DNA of 63,750 nt, filler included, from Octopus bimaculoides (Eukaryota), in assembly GCF_001194135.2 (NCBI RefSeq). It is 8 parts of 7 records of this genome, joined end to end, with 100 filler letters (N's around TTAATTAATTAA, not from the genome) between each part and the next. Parts side by side here need not be neighbours in the genome. Positions count along the whole stretch, not along the records: positions 44,414 to 56,386 come from NC_068998.1; positions 56,487 to 58,010 come from NC_068987.1; positions 58,111 to 60,095 come from NW_026374915.1; positions 60,196 to 63,750 come from NC_069002.1; 4 more parts are not named here. The stretch is one strand, 5' to 3'. The notes below the pieces were generated by a model. That model was not told the DNA's origin and made no database searches. It was given only the letters and a program-made list of their open reading frames with translations. Each line of letters starts with the position of its first letter. Positions within the stretch are counted from its first letter, which is position 1. Shown here piece after piece: positions 53,740 through 63,750 of the stretch. Made by a program: the position numbers and the translations under genes.

Positions 53740-54140
53740 GAATTGATCTTCAAGCATGTGGTTGATTGCGAGTACACGTCTAACACTCAGGGCTGACATG
53801 CATCTGGTGTTCTTGTTGGCCGCTACCAGAGCTAGAATTCGTCTTGCGCTGAGCCAGTCAGGCGGACCTAGTATCGACCGCGTTCCGATGGTGCTTTTTA
53901 CATGCCACTGGAACGAGGGCACTAGCCACAGCTACGATATTGGTTATAGTTGACTCAACAGATCTGTTCAAGCATATCATATCACCTGATGCATCAGGGG
54001 TACTCTTAACTGCGCCAGACGTTTCGCAGCGATGGCGCTTTAGTTGCCAGGTTTTCTTAATCACAGCACATCTCCAAAAATCTCCAGCCATTGCTTCTGA
54101 GAGGCCCAATGCTTGAAGGTCGTGTTTCACCACCTCATCC
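53740..54140 (-). mobile_element. Decayed RTE 3' end
   Basis: VVKHDLQALGLSEAM...FWRCAVIKKT, parallel to 20050-20170. Confidence 0.65.
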
Positions 54141-54205
54141 CATGTCTGAAAGCTAGAAATGTGAACAAAAAGATTTTTTTAAACGAGTTTGTATGTATAT
54201 GTATT

Positions 54206-54236
<31 letters not shown>

Positions 54237-56217
54237 GGCACCTTGGGTATGTGTCTTCTCGGGCAGACCAAAGCCCTGTGAGTGGATTTGGTAGATGGAA
54301 ATTGAAAGAAGCTTGTCGTATATATATATGTATGCATTTGTGTGTCTGTGTTGTCCCCCCACTATCGCTTGACAACCGATAAATAAGTACTAAGTTAACA
54401 ACGAATACGTCCTGGGGGCGATTTGTTCTACTAAAGATGGTGCTCCAGCATGGCCGCAGTCAACTGACTGTAACAAGTGAAAGACTATACAAACTATACG
54501 ACAATATACAAACAATCAAATCACAAGACAAATTCCATTATGACACAATATACTGCACGACACAAAATACAATTAGATGGACAAAAATAATAGTTGATAG
54601 CATAACAGTGTCATACACATTTCTTCCAAAAATATATATAAGATTGATGATGGAACCTCTATAAACAAAGCAAAGAACTTGAAGCAAAAGCATTACAGAT
54701 ATAGCATAACTTGATGACAAATTAGTACAAGACACTATGGCCAAATTAGTTTCTAATTAGTTAAAGTAAGAAAATGTTAAGAGTCATATGATATTAAGTC
54801 AAGTGATAACGAATGAAAAACAAACACTATCATTTTCATGGTTGTCTCATTTACAATAAAACAGTCAAAACCCACACGAATCTTTTCATTCCGTAGATAA
54901 AAATTAAAAAAGTTTTAAAATATCTTTCTACTAGAATTACAAAATATATACTGTCTGTGTGTGTGTGCGTATATAAATAGTAATTAATATGCAGTATATA
55001 TACATATANNNNNNNNNNNNNNNNNNNNNNNNNNNNNNNNNNNNNNNNNNNNNNNNNNNNNNNNNNNNNNNNNNNNNNNNNNNNNNNNNNNNNNNNNNNN
55101 NNNNNNNNNNNNNNNNNNNNNNNNNNNNNNNNNNNNNNNNNNNNNNNNNNNNNNNNNNNNNNNNNNNNNNNNNNNNNNNNNNNNNNNNNNNNNNNNNNNN
55201 NNNNNNNNNNNNNNNNNNNNNNNNNNNNNNNNNNNNNNNNNNNNNNNNNNNNNNNNNNNNNNNNNNNNNNNNNNNNNNNNNNNNNNNNNNNNNNNNNNNN
55301 NNNNNNNNNNNNNNNNNNNNNNNNNNNNNNNNNNNNNNNNNNNNNNNNNNNNNNNNNNNNNNNNNNNNNNNNNNNNNNNNNNNNNNNNNNNNNNNNNNNN
55401 NNNNNNNNNNNNNNNNNNNNNNNNNNNNNNNNNNNNNNNNNNNNNNNNNNNNNNNNNNNNNNNNNNNNNNNNNNNNNNNNNNNNNNNNNNNNNNNNNNNN
55501 NNNNNNNNNNNNNNNNNNNNNNNNNNNNNNNNNNNNNNNNNNNNNNNNNNNNNNNNNNNNNCCCCTTGTCAATGCAGAGCAGCCAAGCTCCAGCCAGGCG
55601 GCGCTACTGACTGTCTGTTCGAAGGTTATTTATCTAATTTCAGTGGAATCTATCCACTGGTTTTCAGAAATAGAGTTATTAATGTTTCTAAGTCTCTCTA
55701 AAGGAGACTACGGCAGCGGTACTGGAAATTAATAGTTGTCGCCAAGCCAACATGGCAGTCCCAAAATTAGGACGAAAGCTGCCGTGAATTAGCTCCAAGA
55801 AGCCATCGCCTCTAGCTAGCTATATGACACACGAAACCTGTGTCCTTTATAACCTTCGAACAGGGGAGGTATATATATATATATACTATTTTGAATCAAT
55901 ACTATATGTGTATACTCACACACACGCGCATATAGATGTACATATAGATATTTATGCATACATACATATATGTGTGTGTGTATGTGTTTGTATGTGCATG
56001 TATATATGTATGTATGTATGTATGTGTGTTTGTGTGTCTGTGTTTGTCCCCCCACCATCACTTGACAACCGATGGTGGCGTGTTTACGTCCCCGTAACTT
56101 AGCGGTTCAACCAAAGTGACCGATAGAATAAGTACTATTTGCTCGACTAAAGACGGTGCTTTAGCATGGCCGCAGTCAGATGACTGAAACAAGTAAAAGA
56201 GTAAAAAGAGTAAAAGA

Positions 56218-56252
<35 letters not shown>

Positions 56253-56486
56253 TAAGATCTGGTAATTAGTCATATATTAATATATTAATTAATATCGATT
56301 AATTCAGATCTTATAATAATATTTACCCATTACTCATGTTCTCATTCTGAATATATTCGACGCAGTAAATAGTTTCTGCGGATATANNNNNNNNNNNNNN
56401 NNNNNNNNNNNNNNNNNNNNNNNNNNNNNNTTAATTAATTAANNNNNNNNNNNNNNNNNNNNNNNNNNNNNNNNNNNNNNNNNNNN

Positions 56487-56525
<39 letters not shown>

Positions 56526-58111
56526 CCAAAATCACAGAGTAGGAGTAGGACGGAGTAGGAGAAAGAGCAGTAGAAGTGAAGGGAGAGGAAAGAAAATAGT
56601 AATTCAGTGAAGGAGAGTTAGTGAGAGTAGTAGCCCTGATTGAGAGAGAGTGAGAGAAAGTAACAGCAATGAGGAAAAGGAAGTGGTAAAGAGCGCGTCG
56701 TGTATCTTCTGTTTTTTTCTCCGTCACAACATATGAATATCGAAGGAAGGGGTGAAAAAAAATCAGCGTTTCAACTCTGTGTGTGTATGTAAAAGGGAGG
56801 TATGTGAACGTTTGTGTGTATGTGTGTGCATGTGCAAGACAAGTATGTAAATGTTTGTATCTGTGATTGTTATGTACCTTATTTTATATCTTATTTATAT
56901 TTAAAATACTACAATTAGACGTCATTCTTGACGGCACGGGGTCAGCTAGTTTCTAATAATAAGCTTGGGGGCAGTCGTGTTTGTGTGGTTGAGAAGCTTG
57001 CTTTGTAACCTCGTGAATCTGGGATGAATCTCGCTGCACCTCACCTTTTGCAAGTATCTTCTACTATATCCTGAGCCGACTAATACTTTGTGAATGAATT
57101 CGATGGATAGGAACTCAGTTTTGTGCACATGTGCACGTGAGTGTATGGCTGTTTGTTGACCACTCTCTACTTGAAAACTTATAACGTAGAAGTTCGGTAA
57201 TAGACAGAATAAATACCAAAGAGAAAAAAATATGAAATTGAGTGAATATATTCGTCTGAAATCTTTCAAAGAGTTGCCCCAGCATGGCTACTGGCTAGTA
57301 ACTAAGACAAAAAAAAAAAGGAGAAAAAAAACTGCTTATGGGAAAATTATATTTCGTTTTTGGATTTGGTTGCAAGACGCAACGAAAATTTTAGGAAAAT
57401 AAGAGTAAGAAATAAGTGGAAATTTTACCGGTGAGTGTGTTAAATTTTAAGGCACAATAAGAAAATGACTCTCTCCAGACACAACGGAAAATTATAGTTT
57501 GTCTGAAATGGAATTCGCAATTGTTGATCGCTGTAATTCACCATTTCGCGGGATTTTTCTCTCTGAATATATTCTTACAGTTTGCTGGTGTTCAACGTAT
57601 ATCTCGTAACAGAATAAAATGATGTTTGACGTTCACGTGATTTTCATTGTTATCTTCCTATTTTCCCGAAAATTATTTACGTTACATATTAATGTATTTG
57701 CTTTAAATATTTAAGGCAAGCCATTTCAAAACACTCCGAGGACAACATGCAGTAAAGTTTCAATAATGACTCAACTCTTCATCAAGAAGCAACTGCATCC
57801 TCCAAATGGGTAGTTAGATACGAATCCGAAATAAAAATTACACAGTGGAAACATTACATGAAATGAAATAACCTGCTGAGTCCCCATTTGCATATGGGCA
57901 ACGATTTCAAAACTGATGGACGAAGAATTGTTCGAGCGCCGAATGTCTGTATTTATATAGACATACACACAAACACACACGCATCCACCCACACACATTT
58001 ATATATATATNNNNNNNNNNNNNNNNNNNNNNNNNNNNNNNNNNNNNNNNNNNNTTAATTAATTAANNNNNNNNNNNNNNNNNNNNNNNNNNNNNNNNNN
58101 NNNNNNNNNNA

Positions 58112-58198
58112 CTATCTTTCTCCTTTCTCCCCTGTATGAATATGTCTGTGTGCAGTTAAGAAAGAATTTTCAGAGAATGATTTACCACAGATATCACA
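58112..58198 (-). pseudogene. Out-of-frame 14th C2H2 finger downstream of the zinc-finger stop
   Basis: An alternative frame reads [28 protein letters not shown]. The linker GAG A|TGT lacks about 11 nt relative to GAG AAA CCA TAT CAT TGT. Confidence 0.85.
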
Positions 58199-59351
58199 TC
58201 TCTCCTGTATGAATAAGCTTGTGACTAGTTAATTGACTACTTCTAGAGAATGATTTTCCACAGATATCACAGTGATGTGGCTTCTCTCCCATATGAATAC
58301 TTCTATGGGATTTTAGGCTACCACACTGAGAGAATGATCTACCACAGATATCACACTGATATGGTTTCTCTCCTGTATGAATACGATTGTGTTTTGTTAA
58401 GGAAGTATTATGAGAGAACGATTTACCACAGATATCACAGTGATATGGTCTCTCACCTGTATGAATATGATTGTGGTTTGTTAACGCAATACTTTGAGAG
58501 AATGATCTACCACAAATATCACAATGATATGGCTTCTCTCCTGTATGAATACGATTGTGTACAGTTAACTGACTATTGTTAACAAATGATTTACCACAGA
58601 TAGCACAATGATATGGTCTCACTCCAGTATGGGTACGTTTGTGATTTGTTAGGGAAATACTTTCAGAGAATGATTTATCACAAATATCACAATGATATGG
58701 TTTCTCTCCTGTATGAATACGTTTGTGTCTAGTTAAGTGAACATTTTGAGAGAATGATTTACCACAGATATCACAATGATATGGTCTCACTCCAGTATGG
58801 GTACGTTTGTGTTTAGATACGTCACTTCTTCCAGAGAATGACTTACCACAGATATCACAATGATATGGTTTCTCTCCTGTATGACTATGTCTATGTATAA
58901 TTAAGGTACTACCGTTAGAGAATGATTTACCACAGGTGTCACAATGATATGGCTTCTCTCCTGTATGAGTACGTTTGTGCGCAGTAACATTACTACATTT
59001 AGTGAATGATTTACCACAGATATCACAGTAATATAGTTTCTCTCTTGTATGAATACCTTTATGTGTAGTTAAGATATTATTATGAGAAAATGATTTACCA
59101 CAAAAATCACAGGGATATGGTTTCTCTCCTGTATGAATACGTTCATGTGTAGTTAAGATATTATTATGAGAGAATGAGTTACCACAGATATCACAATGAT
59201 ACGGTTTCTCTCCTGTATGAACACGCCTATGCCTAAGTAGGTTACTCTTTTGAAGGAAGGACTTTGCACAGATATCACAGTCATATGATCTCATCTCTTT
59301 TATCATGTGTTCAGGGTTAATCAATTGTACATTTTTCACACTCGTTTCCAT
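58194..59351 (-). CDS. C2H2 zinc-finger protein, 385 aa from ATG, 13 tandem fingers with TGEKPY-type linkers
   Basis: Uninterrupted [11 protein letters not shown]... with 13 CxxC-x12-HxxxH repeats. ATG at 59351 (the ORF track starts at an upstream TTG). Candidate upstream splice acceptor ttgtttctctataatttcag| at 59660/59659 suggests a spliced 5' UTR. Confidence 0.93.
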   Translation of the reverse strand: METSVKNVQLINPEHMIKEMRSYDCDICAKSFLQKSNLLRHRRVHTGEKPYHCDICGNSFSHNNILTTHERIHTGEKPYPCDFCGKSFSHNNILTTHKGIHTREKLYYCDICGKSFTKCSNVTAHKRTHTGEKPYHCDTCGKSFSNGSTLIIHRHSHTGEKPYHCDICGKSFSGRSDVSKHKRTHTGVRPYHCDICGKSFSQNVHLTRHKRIHTGEKPYHCDICDKSFSESISLTNHKRTHTGVRPYHCAICGKSFVNNSQLTVHNRIHTGEKPYHCDICGRSFSQSIALTNHNHIHTGERPYHCDICGKSFSHNTSLTKHNRIHTGEKPYQCDICGRSFSQCGSLKSHRSIHMGEKPHHCDICGKSFSRSSQLTSHKLIHTGEM

Positions 59352-61002
59352 TATTTTTCTTCTCAAATCCCAGTTTATATATTTCTCTTGCTTTTGTTTT
59401 TATACTTAATTTCTTACAAATATTTCTGTCTAGTGTTACCTTTGTTTAGCAACACTTACATAAATTTATCCAACTTCAATCGGCACACAAGCTCCTCTTC
59501 TTGACAATCCAGTCAAGGGATTGTCACAAATTTGGCTAACAATATTATATCAGAGCAAATGTTTCACAGGAATTCTACCACAGATTTGTAGAAACAATCC
59601 AATGTTTTATGTTCTGTTATCCTTTAATTTCTTCTCTTACATCAATGTCATCTGACGTTCTGAAATTATAGAGAAACAACATTGTAAGATGTAGAGAGTA
59701 CCTAAAAAATACAGATTCATTTCTACTACTGAGATAAACTGTAGAAATAAACATTTAACATAAGAATTGAGTTGGATACCAACAAGTCTATAAAGAAGTA
59801 GACTGAACATGTTGAAGTGGGACACACAGAAAGACATGGGATGAAATACTGAAGAGCGAACTTGGGACGATGAGCTTTTGCTGGCACCTGATTGTATTTA
59901 AGAAGATCCTAACTCCATGAAAGAAATGCTAAGACTCATCCTTCTGGTTCAGAAAAGCACTTGTAGCTGTTCCTAATAAAAATTGCAGTGTCACGTAAAA
60001 GTGTCCGTGTGGTGCCACATAATAGCATCCTGTGCATTCTGTGATGTGGCTGGCACTAGGAAGGACATCAAGCTGTGGAAACCATAAGGAATCAGNNNNN
60101 NNNNNNNNNNNNNNNNNNNNNNNNNNNNNNNNNNNNNNNTTAATTAATTAANNNNNNNNNNNNNNNNNNNNNNNNNNNNNNNNNNNNNNNNNNNNCCTTT
60201 GAATTACAGGCACAACAGAAACAGGAAGTAAGAGTGAGAGAAAGTCATGGTGGAAGAGTACAGCAGGGTTCGCCACCATCCCCTGCCGGAGCCTCGTGGA
60301 GCTTTAGGTGTTTTCGCTCAATAAACACTCACAACGCCCAGTCTGGGAATCGAAACCGCGATCCTATGACCGCGAGTCCGCTGCCCTAACCACTGGGCCA
60401 TTGCGCCTCCACAGGGCTGGATTACACCTTCCTTCAAAATGAGAGACCCTGTGTCAAGGTAAGAAATTAATAGTAAAGACCAACCGCCAGGTCAGGCAAG
60501 TGTTTTTGGGTGTTACCAACACAGTATAAATTAGATAAAAACTGATTTTCCAATGTTATAAAAATTGTTGCGTTGGTCAAACATTTACATCTTTTCCCAA
60601 AATTCTAAACTAATTATGTAAACGCAAGACAAATATATTATTGCATACAGTGATAGGTTGGTTATCTCACGTCCTACTTGCCTTCGCGCGCTCAAGCATT
60701 TTTCACTATCCTATTTAATGTGGATTAATTGAAAATCTCAGTTTTGTTCCCATGCAGTGAGAGGATCAGAAATATGATTCGTTGCAACTGTGATCACTTA
60801 AGGCAGAGAAACAAACCTGTCGACGACTACGTTGGACACATGCTTAGTGAAGTAGAAGGTCAATTGCTTGCTGTTAGAACGGCTGGCCGGAAGAGGCTCC
60901 TTCACTGTGACACTGCTACATTGGGTGTGTTGGACTTGCAATAAAGCCAACAACTTCATTATGTATGCACATGTGTGTGATGTGCCTATGCATGCATGTG
61001 TG

Positions 61003-61079
<77 letters not shown>

Positions 61080-61335
61080 TGGAGTGTGGAATTGTGCGTA
61101 TATAATACATACATGCGTGTATGTATATGTATATGGGCGTGTGTGTGTGTGTGTCTTTCACATTTCTGTCTGCATATAAGTATAATGTATGTATGCATAT
61201 GTATCCATGTACGTACGCATATATGTATATATATAAATGTATGTATATGTTCATATACGTGTTATACATGCATGTGTCTATAAATAAAAATATATATACA
61301 TTCATATACATGTATGCGTGTATGTTTGTGCGTAA

Positions 61336-61388
<53 letters not shown>

Positions 61389-61799
61389 CAAATGTATTTA
61401 TGTAAGTATATATGTGTGTGTATGCGTACGCATGTATGTATATGAGGAGGATTTGCTATGTATATGTGTGTTTGAGTATGTTTATTGGAACATTTTTTCC
61501 ATTTTTTTGTTTGTGTATATATTTTGTTATATATTCATGATTGTTTGTTTCTGAAGTTATAATTACCCCTCTCATAACTACAATATTCCCGGATGAATTG
61601 AAGAGAAAAATAGAAGAGAAACGAAACCAATTTTTGCCCATTAGGTGACCTATGCCTGACCAACATTTTACTTCAGCTTTGGATATCTTAAACACAGAGA
61701 CTAAGATATATCTTCAATATTACAACGAGTATTTACGGGGAATAGTGTGTTATGCTAATAGACATTTTATTTAAGAGGCATAGGACTTCTCAGTCCACC

Positions 61800-62240
61800 T
61801 CATGGTCCCGGTGGGCAAAACGGAAAAAGCCTGGTCCCGGAGGATGGCGAGAGAGGCGCACTGGAACAGCTAATCCGACTTTCGGGGCTCACACTTGCTG
61901 ATAGCAATCTCTCTCTGTCCCGATAGCAGTGAGCAAGGATGTAGTCCGAGGGCAAGAACGCTGGAGGTCTTCACTGCCACAGGCTCGACAACAAATTTGC
62001 TTGAGAGCAGCAGATACTTTGACATTTTGCCCTTCTCGGGTTGACGAGCAGCAAAACTTGGGCTGGCAGCCGAACGCACCAGGTTGTCCCTGGGCGATGT
62101 AGCAGCATGTAACATCCCAGACGAGAGGCCTACCACCACGGAACAGGAGAACTGTCATGCCGTCTGGCCTTTTACCGTCCCCTCTGTCCAACCTTGCTGT
62201 TTCGAGGTGGGAGCAGAAATCTGCGACGCTTAACAGCTAT
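61800..62240 (-). mobile_element. CRE-type non-LTR retrotransposon, restriction-like endonuclease fragment
   Basis: LDRGDGKRPDGMTVLLFRGGRPLVWDVTC, followed in another frame by KYLLLSSKFVVEPVAVKT. Confidence 0.75.
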
Positions 62241-62374
62241 GGATAGACTAAGAGATACCACTGTTATAGTTGGAGTAACAGATCTCACAGTTAAAGAATC
62301 AGAAATTTATTTCCCTGATATTTGTTCAACTATAATATATCACAGCAATAGATAGGCTAAGTCATATTTACTTT

Positions 62375-62502
62375 ACATTATTTACATTATTTACATTTGA
62401 CGGATATTTGTCCTCATCTTGTTTGTTGTTGACACAACGTTTCGGCTGATATACCGTCCAGCCTTCACCAGGTGTCTTGGGGAAATTTCGAAGTATTTTT
62501 CG

Positions 62503-62569
<67 letters not shown>

Positions 62570-62665
62570 AATCATTGCTTGGAATCGAACTCGGAATCTT
62601 GGGGTTAGTAGCCCGCGCTCTTAACCACTATGCCATGTGCCTACGAGCATATAATAATAATAACG

Positions 62666-62723
<58 letters not shown>

Positions 62724-62927
62724 CAACAACAACAACAACAACAACATCGAAAAATACCTTAGGAATGAGAACCCAGGTTCGAAATTTCCCCAAGACACCT
62801 GGTGAAGGCTGGGGGTATATCAGCTGGAAACGTTGTGTTAACAACAAACAAGATGAGGACAAATATTCGTCAAATGTAAATAATGTAAATAATGTACATA
62901 ATTCCTCATCTCTTAAATATAGAACTG
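62375..62927. mobile_element. Composite non-coding element: inverted hammerhead modules flanking (TTA)n, a tRNA-like head and (TAA)n
   Basis: Hammerhead-like motifs at 62431-62476 (-) and 62794-62839 (+). A box TGGCATAGTGG and B box GTTCGATTCC on minus at 62581-62635. Exact 12-bp flanking direct repeat catatttacttt (62363-62374, 62928-62939). Confidence 0.8.
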
Positions 62928-63750
62928 CATATTTACTTTGTTTTCTCTCCTCTCCGATTCCAAATGTTGAGCAGCTAAGACTTGCAATTAAGTTGAAACT
63001 GAACCGCACCAGATCGAGTTTCGTTTCCACTTGAAGTTATTTCAAACCAAAGATAGTGCTTTAATGTGGCTGCTTCACTTTCTGGAATAACTGAGGGAAT
63101 TCCCTTAAATTGTGCCCTATAGTTTTAAAGAAGAAAGGCGCACTGGAGAATGTGGTCTTAGACGAATTACGTCTGAAATAGACCAGGGTAGCCGTGGATC
63201 GAGAATGATCATGTTCTAATCAACAACACCAACAAATCTTTCGTCGTACGAGTCAATGTGGGAATCTCTAGAAATAATATCTAGACTTCTCTCAAATGAC
63301 ACTCAACTCTCAAAAACAGAAAAGGTTACATTGGATATTTTAGCCTTTACTCTTTTACTATTTTACTTGTTTCAGTCATTAGACTGTGGCCATGCTGGAG
63401 CACCGCCTTCAAGGGTTATTAGTTGAACAAATCGACCCCAGGATTTATTTTTTTTAAAGCATAATACTTATTCTATCGGTTTCTTTTGCCGAACCGTTAG
63501 GTTATAGGGACGTAAACACGCCAACACAGGTTGTCGAGCGGTGATGAGAGAACAAATACAGACACAAAGACATACACACATAGACATATGTGGTTGGGTG
63601 GTAAGAAGCTTGGTTCCCAACCACATGGTTCCGGGTTCAATCCCAGGCAAGTACCTTCTATTATAGCCACGGTGTGATCAAAGCGTTGTGAGTGGATTTG
63701 GTAGGCGGAAACTGAAAGAAGCCCGTCATATATATATATATATATATATA

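Noticed and set aside
56520-56810. Purine-rich, CpG-containing stretch with a possible donor GAG|GTATGT near 56799
   Set aside because: It could be a non-coding first exon, but there is no supporting ORF, acceptor partner or other evidence.
58250-58582. Plus-strand 110-aa repetitive ORF
   Set aside because: It is the antisense shadow of the periodic zinc-finger array.
62575-62641. Possible tRNA genes here and at 16190-16258, 46315-46379 and 60345-60412
   Set aside because: A and B boxes are present, but I could not fold a complete cloverleaf with an acceptor stem, and each continues into repeat bodies. They are SINE-type heads.

Overview
AT-rich, repeat-dense, gap-riddled animal draft scaffold. 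A coleoid cephalopod such as Octopus is inferred from the microsatellite and SINE landscape and the [16 protein letters not shown] zinc-finger style. Only two host coding regions are well supported: the first coding exon of a ZDHHC9/14/18-type palmitoyltransferase (minus, 30469-30770) and a 13-finger C2H2 zinc-finger ORF (minus, 58194-59351) with an orphaned 14th finger behind a frameshift. The rest is mostly mobile DNA: R4/Dong, RTE, CR1 and CRE non-LTR fragments, a 5'-truncated Penelope-like element (RT plus GIY-YIG), Tc1, mariner and hAT derivatives, three tRNA-derived SINE families and a U6 pseudogene. The most notable observations are three. (i) Minimal hammerhead-ribozyme motifs of Penelope type recur, one of them fully canonical (27382-27420). 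(ii) Two copies of a small non-coding composite element (tRNA-like head, (TAA)n, hammerhead module, inverted partial module) each lie between exact 12-bp direct repeats, suggesting a Penelope-mobilised SINE or retrozyme-like family. (iii) A full-length U6 copy is fused to an RTE-type 3' tail with a candidate target-site duplication. Most long ORFs in the supplied track are artefacts of N runs and microsatellites. All homology calls come from recognising motifs by eye, not from database searches, and repeat boundaries are approximate.
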